Made by a program: the position numbers and the translations under genes
Shown here: positions 41,189 to 49,165 of the stretch, piece by piece
How positions within the stretch are numbered: the first letter of the stretch is position 1
Layout of the letters: each line of letters starts with the position of its first letter
Origin: an uncultured Acidimicrobiaceae bacterium
GTDB taxonomy: Bacteria; Actinomycetota; Acidimicrobiia; Spongiisociales; UBA5794
Direction of reading: 5' to 3'
Assembly: GCA_964416425.1 (NCBI GenBank)
Contig: CAYQEC010000001.1
Coordinates: 149,696 to 213,695, forward strand
DNA length: 64,000 nucleotides
Notes under the pieces: generated by a model
Told to the model about the DNA's origin: nothing
The model's database searches: none
The model's input: the letters and a program-made list of their open reading frames with translations, nothing else

Positions 41189-41767
41189 TCAGCGGCCGGC
41201 GGCGGCCGGTGCCGGGCGACGGACCTGGGAACGGCTGAGGGCGCGCTTGCCCACCAGGATCCGGTACAGCGTGAGGAAGGTGACCGCGACGATGCTGCCG
41301 ATCGTTGCCGTCACATACGCCGGGTTGGAGGCGTCGGTGCCGGCGGTGGCGCCATGGAGCGCCGCCATCCAGAACAGCACGTAGCTGGTGAGGTGAACGG
41401 CGTGCCAGGCCTTGCGCGGCAGGTGCTTCATCATGAGCGAGGTGACCTCGACCGCCACGAGCAGGTAGAACGCCACGACGCCCCACGCCACCGCTCCGGT
41501 GCGCCAGGTCGTGGCGAACGGCACCAGGAGGTCGGCGACGCCGAAGTGCACGTAGTTGTCGGCGACGAGGCCCGCCAGGTGCATGCCCACGAAGACCACG
41601 GTGATGCCACCCAGGTAGCGGTGCAGGTCGAGCAGCCAGCGCGGGCTGGGCTTGCGGTCGAGCAGGCGGGTCGACAGCAGCAGTCCCCAGATGACCGAGA
41701 GCGAGGCGAGCCCCCAGGCCACGATGCCGCTGGAGCGGGCGACGTACCACCAGAACTGCGAACTCAT
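41189..41767 (-). CDS. Ferric reductase-like (MsrQ-like) transmembrane heme-binding protein
   Basis: WWYVARSSG, DLHRYL, MHL, WHAVH, LHG: conserved TM histidines; no cytosolic FAD/NADPH domain. Confidence 0.85.
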   Translation of the reverse strand: MSSQFWWYVARSSGIVAWGLASLSVIWGLLLSTRLLDRKPSPRWLLDLHRYLGGITVVFVGMHLAGLVADNYVHFGVADLLVPFATTWRTGAVAWGVVAFYLLVAVEVTSLMMKHLPRKAWHAVHLTSYVLFWMAALHGATAGTDASNPAYVTATIGSIVAVTFLTLYRILVGKRALSRSQVRRPAPAAAGR

Positions 41768-42657
41768 GCCGCCACCTGCCCGAACCCGGCGCTGCAGCGG
41801 ACTCGCCCGTCGCCGGCGACGACGACCGCTTCGGCGTTGATCAGGCCCTCGAGACCGGAGGCGAACACGACTTTCGTCATGGCTTCCGCCCACCAACCTT
41901 CGGAGGCGACGGTGGTCACGGTGGCCACGTCGCCCCCGAAGGAGGCACCCGACCTCGGATCGATGAGATGGTGCACCGTCTCGCCGCCGCGCACCCAGCT
42001 GCGTCGCAGCCGGCTGCTGGTGGCCACGGCACCGTCGGTGAGGTGGACGCGCGTCAATTCGGCGGGCGGATCGAACGGATCATCGACCCCGATCGACCAC
42101 ACCGCACCGCGGGGCGGCCGGCCGGCGACCCGGACGTCGCCGCCCAGGCTCACCATGGCTCCGGCGGCGCCGACGGCGAGCAGCTCGCGGACGACGATGT
42201 CGGCGGCGAGGCCCTTGCCGATGCCCCCGGGATCGATGGTGACGCCGCCGGGGAGCAGGACCGACGAGGTGGCCGGATCGGTCTCGATCCCGCCACATCC
42301 GGGGGCGGGCATGAGGACCGGCGGGGCGGCGTCGGCGGAGGCGTCGATCAGCTCGAAGCTGCGGTCGTAGCCGCTCGCCAGCAGGGAAGACAGCACGGTG
42401 GGGTCGAATGCCCCCCCGGTCACCTGCCAGGCATACACCGCCCGGGTGATCAGGTCGTAGGTCTCCGGCGATACCGCGATCGGCCGGCCCGGCATGCCGT
42501 TCAGCAGCGACAGCTCACTGTCGGGCCGGAACCGGCTCCAACGCGCCTCGAGATCCTCGATCCGCTCCACGGCGGCGGTGGCGAGCGCCTCGGCCCCGCC
42601 GACGACCAGCAGATGGGCGTCGCAGCCCATGGCCCGGAAGCGGCGTTCAGCTTCCAC
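41764..42657 (-). CDS. apbE: FAD:protein FMN transferase (ApbE/Ftp), no signal peptide
   Basis: FRAMG, WSRFRPDSELS.LN, FDPT, IDPGGIGKG, SLGGD, ATS, HHLIDPRSG motifs. Confidence 0.92.
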   Translation of the reverse strand: MEAERRFRAMGCDAHLLVVGGAEALATAAVERIEDLEARWSRFRPDSELSLLNGMPGRPIAVSPETYDLITRAVYAWQVTGGAFDPTVLSSLLASGYDRSFELIDASADAAPPVLMPAPGCGGIETDPATSSVLLPGGVTIDPGGIGKGLAADIVVRELLAVGAAGAMVSLGGDVRVAGRPPRGAVWSIGVDDPFDPPAELTRVHLTDGAVATSSRLRRSWVRGGETVHHLIDPRSGASFGGDVATVTTVASEGWWAEAMTKVVFASGLEGLINAEAVVVAGDGRVRCSAGFGQVAA

Positions 42658-43105
42658 GGCTGCGGGTGACCGGCTTCGGCGCCGGGGCGACGGCGGTCGG
42701 TTGGGGATCGACGGGCGGCGGGGTCGTCACGTTGGTCACCGGGTTGGCCTGGCGCAGGGTGGCGGCCCCGCCGCTGGAGGGAACTCGCACGAACCTGAGG
42801 TGGACCACCCCGTCCTGCGGGGCCGGCAGCGCCGGGATGGTGACCGGGTCCGGGGCGGGCGCCGGGGCCGCCGAGCCGGCCTGCACGGCCGCCTGGGTCC
42901 ACATCGAGGAGACGAGCAGGGTGGCGCCGGCGACGCTGCCGCTCAGTGTCAGCATCCGGCTGCGGCGGGCGACATGCTGCTTCGGGACGCCGCGGGACGG
43001 CGGCTTCCGGCCCACCACGACCGGGGCGTCGGTTCCCCGGCCGGCCGCGGGCGCGGATCGGCGCTGCTGCAACTGCTCGATGCGGCGCCGCTGCTCCTCA
43101 GTCAT
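42647..43105 (-). CDS. Small exported/membrane-anchored Pro/Thr-rich protein (RR-containing signal, C-terminal TRSRGS)
   Basis: Basic N-region, ARRSRML plus hydrophobic stretch plus AVQA, low-complexity tail; overlaps apbE start. Confidence 0.65.
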   Translation of the reverse strand: MTEEQRRRIEQLQQRRSAPAAGRGTDAPVVVGRKPPSRGVPKQHVARRSRMLTLSGSVAGATLLVSSMWTQAAVQAGSAAPAPAPDPVTIPALPAPQDGVVHLRFVRVPSSGGAATLRQANPVTNVTTPPPVDPQPTAVAPAPKPVTRSRGS

Positions 43106-43463
43106 CGTCTTCGGCTCCCTCGTATTGCTCGTGCTCCCACCCGTCGTCCTCGTGACCTTCCTGCTCGTACTGGTCGTCCTCGTAGGAGACCGGGACGGCA
43201 TCGGAGACGGTGGCCGTCGGAACGGTGGTCACCGGCGCCGGGTCGGCGGGCAAGGTGGAATCCGGAACGTAGATGGTCACGTAGCGGTCGGGAGCGGGGG
43301 CGAAGGTCGTGGTCGTCTCGACCTGGTCGGGAGCGAGGGTCCCGACCCCGTCCCCGGGCGGCTGCCGGAGCAGGCCGAGGTTCACCACGAGAGCCGAGGC
43401 GGCGGCCACCACGGTCAGCGCCGCGGCACCGGCCGAAGAGACGAAGGCTTGGCGGATCCTCAT
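43098..43463 (-). CDS. Small exported protein with acidic/His-containing C-terminal tail
   Basis: Signal/TM MRIRQAFVSSAGAAALTVVAAASALVVNLG; tail EDDQYEQEGHEDDGWEHEQYEGAEDDD; overlaps the next gene. Confidence 0.7.
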   Translation of the reverse strand: MRIRQAFVSSAGAAALTVVAAASALVVNLGLLRQPPGDGVGTLAPDQVETTTTFAPAPDRYVTIYVPDSTLPADPAPVTTVPTATVSDAVPVSYEDDQYEQEGHEDDGWEHEQYEGAEDDD

Positions 43464-43540
43464 GGAACTGGCTCCTTGGGTCGGGTCTTGATCCTGCCAC
43501 TCACCGTAGAGTGGGCCGGTACAGCACTCGATCCGGCTCG

Positions 43541-43562
43541 GGCAAAGGTTCGGCAAAGATTC
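43541..43562. promoter_or_regulatory. Tandem 11-bp direct repeat, probable OmpR-family response-regulator site
   Basis: GGCAAAGGTTC GGCAAAGATTC in the divergent spacer between the apbE operon and the response regulator. Confidence 0.65.
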
Positions 43563-43594
43563 CGAACCGCCCTCGGGGCCCGTTGGGACGCCAC

Positions 43595-44260
43595 ATGGAC
43601 CTGCTGGTCGTCGAGGACGACGACGCGATCGCCGAACCTCTCGTCGACGGTCTCCGTCGCGAGGGGTTCGAGCCCCGGCGCGTCTCGACCGGCCGGGCCG
43701 CCCTCGAGACGGAGCCCGGCGACTTGGTGTTGCTCGACCTCGGGCTCCCCGACATCGACGGCAAGGACGTGTGCCGGGAGCTGCGGCAACGCTCCCAGGT
43801 GCCGATCATCGTCATCACCGCCCGGGGCGACGAGGTCGACCGGGTGGTGTTGCTCGAGCTCGGCGCCGACGACTACGTCGTCAAGCCGTTCGGATTCCGG
43901 GAGCTGGTGGCGCGCATCCGCGCCGTGCTGCGGCGCACCACCGGCAGCGCCGCCGAGGATCCTTCCGGGGCCGTCGAGCTCGCCGCCCTGGCGATCGACC
44001 GCCGGGCGCGGCGGGTCACGTTGGAGGGCCGGGAGCTGCAGCTCACCCCCAAGGAGTACGACCTGCTCGCCTTGCTCGCCTCCGAGCCGGGGGCGGTGTT
44101 CACCCGCGAGGAGATCATGAGCGAGGTGTGGGACGAGCACTGGTACGGCCCCACCAAGACCCTCGACGTCCACATGGCCTCGCTCCGCAAGAAACTGGGG
44201 GACCCCCGCTGGATCACCACGATCCGGGGCGTCGGGTTCCGCCTCGAGGAACCGGGATGA
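43595..44260 (+). CDS. OmpR-family response regulator
   Basis: LVVEDD, LLDLGLPDIDG, GADDYVVKPF, winged helix with TLDVHMASLRKKLG and TIRGVGFR. Confidence 0.95.
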   Translation: MDLLVVEDDDAIAEPLVDGLRREGFEPRRVSTGRAALETEPGDLVLLDLGLPDIDGKDVCRELRQRSQVPIIVITARGDEVDRVVLLELGADDYVVKPFGFRELVARIRAVLRRTTGSAAEDPSGAVELAALAIDRRARRVTLEGRELQLTPKEYDLLALLASEPGAVFTREEIMSEVWDEHWYGPTKTLDVHMASLRKKLGDPRWITTIRGVGFRLEEPG

Positions 44261-45642
44261 CACGGCGCCTCCTCGGCACCTACCTCACCATCACCGGGTT
44301 CGTCCTGGTCGTCCTCATCATCCCGCTCGGGCGAACCTTTGCCGCCAGGGAGGAGGACCGGCTCATCTCCGCCATCGAGCGGGACGCCACCGTGGTCGCC
44401 AGCATGTCGGAGGAGGCCCTCGAGGACGGGACGTCACTGGGCCTCGACGGGCTCCTGCAGCGCTACGCGATCGATCCGGGAGGCAGGATCGTCATTGTCG
44501 ACGCAAGGGGTATCAGCGTGGCGGACTCCGACAATCTCGGCGGACCACCCCGCGACTTCGCCACCAGACCCGAGTTCGTCCAAGCCCTCGCCGGAAGGGT
44601 CGACCGCGGCATCCGATCCTCCGAGACCCTCGGGAGGGACCTGATCTACGTGGCCGTCCCCACCGGATCGGGGGGCAGCATCGTGGGCGCGGTCCGCATC
44701 ACCTACCCGGCGACCACGCTGCAGGATTCGGTGCGCGACAACTGGCTGCGGCTGGGCGTGCTCTCGCTGGTGGTGCTGGCGGCGGTCACCCTCGTCGGGT
44801 TCGCCCTGGCGCGGAGCGTGACCCGGCCGGTGCGGGCCCTGGAGCGGACGGCGGCGAGCCTGTCGGCGGGTGACCTGTCGGCGAGGGTGACGGTCTCCGG
44901 ACCACCCGAGATCAAGGAGCTGGGCCGCACCTTCAACGAGACGGCCGACCGGCTCCAGGCCTTGATCGACTCCCAGCGTGGCTTCGTCGCCGATGCCTCC
45001 CATCAGCTCCGCACTCCGTTGACCGCGCTCCGCCTCCGCCTCGAGAACCTGCGGTACGCGGTGGACGCCGAGGATCTGTCGGCGGTGGAGGCGGCCCTCT
45101 CCGAGACCGGCCGCCTCACCCGGCTCGTCGACGGGTTGCTCGCCCTGGCCCGGGCCGAGGCTCAGCACGCCCCGGGGGAGGTGGTCGACCTCGCCACGAT
45201 CGCGGCGGGCCGCACCGAGGTGTGGGAGCCGCTCGCCTCCGACGGGGGTGTCACGATCGCCACCGAGCTGCCGGCGGCCGCCCCGGCCCGGATGGTGCCC
45301 GGCGCCACCGAGCAGATCCTCGACAACCTGATCTCCAACGCTCTCGACGCCACCCCGGAGGGGAAGCGGATCACGATTGCGGTCGTCCCCGCCGGGGACC
45401 TGTGGGAGCTCCACGTGTCGGACGAGGGCCCCGGGATGAGTGACGAGCAGCGGGCCGGCGCCTTCGACCGGTTCGCCTCGGGGAAGGCGGGAAGGGGAAC
45501 CGGGCTCGGTCTCAGCATCGTTCGCCAGCTCGCCCGTTCCGGCGGTGGGGACGCCCGCCTCCTGCCGTCCCCCAGCGGGGGCCTCGACGCCGTGGTGTCG
45601 CTCCCGGCGGCCACCGGCCCGGCACCGGCACCGGGAGACTGA
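44257..45642 (+). CDS. Sensor histidine kinase (Cache-like sensor, HAMP, HisKA, HATPase)
   Basis: Two TMs; ADASHQLRTPLT H-box, NLISNA, DEGPG, GTGLGLSI; ATGA overlap. Confidence 0.95.
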   Translation: MTRRLLGTYLTITGFVLVVLIIPLGRTFAAREEDRLISAIERDATVVASMSEEALEDGTSLGLDGLLQRYAIDPGGRIVIVDARGISVADSDNLGGPPRDFATRPEFVQALAGRVDRGIRSSETLGRDLIYVAVPTGSGGSIVGAVRITYPATTLQDSVRDNWLRLGVLSLVVLAAVTLVGFALARSVTRPVRALERTAASLSAGDLSARVTVSGPPEIKELGRTFNETADRLQALIDSQRGFVADASHQLRTPLTALRLRLENLRYAVDAEDLSAVEAALSETGRLTRLVDGLLALARAEAQHAPGEVVDLATIAAGRTEVWEPLASDGGVTIATELPAAAPARMVPGATEQILDNLISNALDATPEGKRITIAVVPAGDLWELHVSDEGPGMSDEQRAGAFDRFASGKAGRGTGLGLSIVRQLARSGGGDARLLPSPSGGLDAVVSLPAATGPAPAPGD

Positions 45643-45670
45643 GGGCGGGGCGGCACGACCCCGAACGCGG

Positions 45671-45699
45671 CGAGAACCCCTGCGGGGCAAGGGTTCTCG
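45671..45699 (-). terminator. Hairpin downstream of tRNA-Ala (convergent terminator candidate)
   Basis: CGAGAACCC...GGGTTCTCG 9-bp inverted repeat between the kinase stop and the tRNA 3' end; no clear U-tract. Confidence 0.5.
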
Positions 45700-45704
45700 T
45701 GGAG

Positions 45705-45778
45705 TGGAGGTGACGGGATTTGAACCCGTGACCCCTTCGTTGCGAACGAAGTGCTCTGCCGAACTGAGCTACACCCCC
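45705..45778 (-). tRNA. tRNA-Ala(CGC)
   Basis: GGGGGTG/CACCTCC acceptor stem with the G3:U70 Ala determinant, anticodon arm CTTCG-TTCGCAA-CGAAG, GGTTCAAATCC T-loop. Confidence 0.93.
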
Positions 45779-45800
45779 GGGAGCAGGGAAGTGTAGCCCG

Positions 45801-46430
45801 TCAGTCCTGCTGTTCGAGCCGGGCCTGCAGCCGTTCCTGCACGATGGTGGTGGTGAGATCGGCCCGGCTCCGCTCGATCAGGGCACGAGCCACGTCGGTG
45901 GTGCGGCGCAGCCCGGCGGTCATCCCATCGGGGTAGTCGAGCGAGGTGAGCAGATCATGGATCGTCTCCATCGCGTGGAACGTCTGCTCGGCCTCCGCCA
46001 GCTGCCCGGTGCGGAGCTGGTCGAGGAGGCGACGGCGCAGCTCCCCGACCGCCTCCCCGAGGCCCTTCAGGTAAGGCACGGCGTGCAGACCGAGCGCATC
46101 CGGCAGCGGCAGCGGCTCGGCGGCGAGCAAGGCGGCGGTCAGCTCCGCCTCGGCGAACTCCTTCACCGCGTCGTAGAAGAACCCGGCGTAGTAGATGTCG
46201 AGATGGCCCTGCAGCGGTTCCTCGGCCTCGGCGATCAGGGTGCGGGCCTCGACCAGCAGCTCCTCGGCGGTGGCCGGATCGTTGCGGTGCAGGGCCCGGA
46301 TGGCGTTGGCGGACTGGCGGATGATCTTGCGGCAGTTCTTCAGCGCCAGCTCGCGGGCCTCGTACTTGCCGTCGAGCTCCTCGCGCACGGCAGCTTCGAG
46401 TGCGTCGAGGTTGAGATGCGCCTCAGGCAT
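45801..46430 (-). CDS. Translin/TRAX (C3PO) family protein
   Basis: All-helical 209 aa; RELALK..R...R.S..AI...H, DAVKEFAEA, YLKGLGEAVGELRR, GLRRTTDVARALIERSRAD, matching archaeal Trax as recalled. Confidence 0.85.
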   Translation of the reverse strand: MPEAHLNLDALEAAVREELDGKYEARELALKNCRKIIRQSANAIRALHRNDPATAEELLVEARTLIAEAEEPLQGHLDIYYAGFFYDAVKEFAEAELTAALLAAEPLPLPDALGLHAVPYLKGLGEAVGELRRRLLDQLRTGQLAEAEQTFHAMETIHDLLTSLDYPDGMTAGLRRTTDVARALIERSRADLTTTIVQERLQARLEQQD

Positions 46431-46461
46431 CGTCCGGTCGCTCAGCCGGCGAACCGGCGGG

Positions 46462-46902
46462 TCAGCCGGCGACGACACGAACCGTGGGCTCCGGCTCGGG
46501 CACCGTCACCACTCGGTCGCGGTGCGCCCGCAGCGAGAGCACCCGGCCCATGCTGCTGTTCCGCTGCCCGGCGTTGAGGAGCAGGGACACGTACCCGCCG
46601 AGAGCGAGGTCGAACAGCAGCGTCGCGCCCAGCCAGACCATGCTGTCGCGCCAGATCGCCACGCCGAGGGTGGCGAGGGCGCCGAAGGCGAGGGAGTAGA
46701 GCACGCGGCGGCGCCGGTCCTGCACCTGGCGCCGCAACATCACGTCGCGGGCGCTGTTACCGGCGACGGAGGCCAGCAAGGCGGTGGAACGGGCGAAGCT
46801 CCGCGTGGAGTTGATGGGAGCCCGTTGACGGTTCTCGACAAACGAAGGCAGCAGGAATGCTGCCCAAATCCCCCCGATCAGCACAAAAGCGAGGATTTCC
46901 AT
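46462..46902 (-). CDS. SepX/GlpR-like membrane protein
   Basis: N-terminal TM with WAAFLLPS, RRRR followed by two TMs; syntenic with moeA-moaC-mog and tRNA-Ala as in other Actinobacteria. Confidence 0.6.
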   Translation of the reverse strand: MEILAFVLIGGIWAAFLLPSFVENRQRAPINSTRSFARSTALLASVAGNSARDVMLRRQVQDRRRRVLYSLAFGALATLGVAIWRDSMVWLGATLLFDLALGGYVSLLLNAGQRNSSMGRVLSLRAHRDRVVTVPEPEPTVRVVAG

Positions 46903-46975
46903 CTGTTCCCTTACTCAGTTCGCAACTGAGAGTAGGCGTCCAGGTTCCGCGGTCAAAGGACCGCCTCGCCGTCCC

Positions 46976-47464
46976 TCACGAGTGATCTGCATTGTGGTCT
47001 GATTGCGCCGCTATCACCAACTCGACGCCGTGCATGAGCGCCGGACCGATCACTGCCAGCGACTCCTCGACGCCACGGACCGAACCCGGGAGGTTGATGA
47101 TCAGCGTCCGGGACGCGATGCCGGCCACGCCGCGGGACAGCATGGCGAAGGGGTTCTCGGCGCAGGCGGCGGAGCGCATCGCCTCAGCGAGTCCCGGCGC
47201 CCGGCGCTGCACGACCAGGGTGGTGGCCTCCGGGGTGAGATCGCGGGGGGAGAATCCGGTGCCGCCGGTGGTGACGATCAGCGACACCTCGTCGATGAGC
47301 ATGCGGAGGGCGTCCCGCACCGACTCGACCCCGTCCGGCACCACGCGCTGCTCGCTCACCTGGAAGCCGATCTCCTCCAGCGCCGCGACCGCCGCCGGTC
47401 CCGACTCGTCTTCGGCCTCACCGCGCGTCACCCGGTCGCTCACCGTGATCACCGCAGCTTTCAT
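46976..47464 (-). CDS. mog: MogA/MoaB molybdopterin adenylyltransferase
   Basis: VITVSDR, TTGGTGFSPRDLTPEA, SRGVAG, INLPGS motifs. Confidence 0.92.
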   Translation of the reverse strand: MKAAVITVSDRVTRGEAEDESGPAAVAALEEIGFQVSEQRVVPDGVESVRDALRMLIDEVSLIVTTGGTGFSPRDLTPEATTLVVQRRAPGLAEAMRSAACAENPFAMLSRGVAGIASRTLIINLPGSVRGVEESLAVIGPALMHGVELVIAAQSDHNADHS

Positions 47465-47931
47465 CTCCGCCACCTCCCCGAGCGTCCACCGCTCTTCTCG
47501 AGCAATCGCACCGGCCCGATCTCGGCACCCCGATCCAGGCCTTTCACCATGTCGTAGAGCGTGACCGCTCCCAACGCCGCCGCCGTCATCGCCTCCATCT
47601 CGACACCCGTCCTCGCCTGGGTACGCGCCGTCACCTCGACCCGGGCGCCGGTGTCGATCGGTTCGATCGCCACCTCGACGGCGTCGAGGGGAATCGGATG
47701 GCACAACGGCACCAGCGACGACGTCTGCTTCGCCCCCATGATGGCCGCAACCCGGGCCACCGCCACGGCATCTCCCTTGGGGAGGTCGCCGGCGAAGAGC
47801 CGGTCCCGCACCGCCGGGGTGAGAGTGATGACCGCCTCGGCGACCGCCACCCGCACCGTCGGCTCCTTGCCGCCGACGTCGACCATCCGGGCCCGGCCCT
47901 GCTCGTCGAGGTGGGTCAGGTCGTCATCCAC
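47461..47931 (-). CDS. moaC: Cyclic pyranopterin monophosphate synthase
   Basis: LTHLDEQGRARMVDV, LVPLCHPI, TGVEMEAMT, YDMVKG motifs. Confidence 0.95.
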   Translation of the reverse strand: MDDDLTHLDEQGRARMVDVGGKEPTVRVAVAEAVITLTPAVRDRLFAGDLPKGDAVAVARVAAIMGAKQTSSLVPLCHPIPLDAVEVAIEPIDTGARVEVTARTQARTGVEMEAMTAAALGAVTLYDMVKGLDRGAEIGPVRLLEKSGGRSGRWRR

Positions 47932-49165
47932 CGAGTGCCTCCTCCCTGGTGCGGGTCTCGGGGCTTCCGAATAGCTCGAGGTCGACCGGGGCACCCGCCG
48001 CCAGCGCCGCCACGCCGACCGGGACCACCGCGAACGCGTCGGCGGCCGCCATGGCGGACTGGACGTTGGAGCCTTGGGCGCCGCTGAGCCGGGCGTGGAG
48101 GCGCCCGTCGCCGCCGTCGGCGGTGACCGCCACCCGCAGGAACACCGTCTTCTCGGGATCGGTGCGGACGTCGCCGTCGAGGATGCCGGGGACCCTGGGC
48201 CGGAAGAGGCGCGCCGCCCCCATCATCGCCAGCAGCGCCGGGCGCAGGAACTGCTCGAAGGACACCACCACCGACACCGGGTTCCCGGGAAGCCCGAAGA
48301 ACGGGGTGCCCCCCAGGTTCCCGAAGGCGAACGGCTTGGCGGGCTGCATCGCCACCCGCCAGAAGTCCACCGTCCCGAGCAGGGCGAGCTCGCTCTTGAC
48401 CAGGTCGTATTCCCCCATCGAGACCCCGCCGCTGGTGACCACGGCGTCGCTGTTGGCGGCGGCGTGGCCCAGCACCCGGTTGAGGACGGTGGCCTCGTCG
48501 GGGACGATGCCGTGGTCGATCACGACGGCCCCCAGCTCCTCGATGAGGCCCCGCAGCAGGAACCGGTTCGAGTCCCGGATCTTGCCGGGAGCGAGATCGG
48601 CCGTCTCGGCCGGCACCAGCTCATCGCCGGTGGAGAGGATGGCGACCCGGGGCCGCCGCCGCACCTGCGGCGTCGCGACGCCGAATGAGGCGCAGATGCC
48701 GAGACGGGCCGGGGTGAGCCGCACCCCGGCCGGGAAGACCTCGAACCCGGCGGTCACGTCCCCGCCGGCGGGACGCACCGCAGTCCCGGCGGGTATCGCC
48801 ACCAGGATCCGGACCTCGCCGTCGCCCGGCTCGGTGTCCTCGACCTTCACCACCGCGTCGGCTCCGTCCGGGAGCGGGGCGCCCGTCATGATCTTGATGG
48901 CGGTTCCCCCCGTGACCGGTTGCGACGGCACCCGGCCGGCGGGCACGTCCTCCAGCACCGGGAGCGTCACCGGGGCGGCCGCCACGTCGGCGGCCCGTAC
49001 CGCGTAGCCGTCCATCGCCGAGTTCGGGAACGGCGGGAGGTCGTGGGGCGCCACCAGCGGCACCGCCAGCGCCAAGCCGCGGGCTTCCCGCAGCGGCATC
49101 GCCACCACCGGCAGCGGCTTCATCGCGTCGAGCACGGCCCGCTGAGCGTCGGCCAGCGGCTTCAT
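47924..49165 (-). CDS. moeA: Molybdopterin molybdotransferase
   Basis: PPFPNSAMDGYAVR, IMTGAPLP, STGDEL, SGGVSMGEYD, GLPGNPVS motifs. Confidence 0.95.
   Translation of the reverse strand: MKPLADAQRAVLDAMKPLPVVAMPLREARGLALAVPLVAPHDLPPFPNSAMDGYAVRAADVAAAPVTLPVLEDVPAGRVPSQPVTGGTAIKIMTGAPLPDGADAVVKVEDTEPGDGEVRILVAIPAGTAVRPAGGDVTAGFEVFPAGVRLTPARLGICASFGVATPQVRRRPRVAILSTGDELVPAETADLAPGKIRDSNRFLLRGLIEELGAVVIDHGIVPDEATVLNRVLGHAAANSDAVVTSGGVSMGEYDLVKSELALLGTVDFWRVAMQPAKPFAFGNLGGTPFFGLPGNPVSVVVSFEQFLRPALLAMMGAARLFRPRVPGILDGDVRTDPEKTVFLRVAVTADGGDGRLHARLSGAQGSNVQSAMAAADAFAVVPVGVAALAAGAPVDLELFGSPETRTREEALGG

Noticed and set aside
39000-45700. Genomic island integrated at the tRNA-Ala 3' end (OXA, apbE operon, TCS)
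   Set aside because: No integrase, no duplicated tRNA 3' end found, and GC/codon usage look like the host.
45801-46430. 'Haloacid dehalogenase' label sometimes given to such proteins
   Set aside because: No DxDxT motif or Rossmann pattern; the sequence is all-helical and translin-like.
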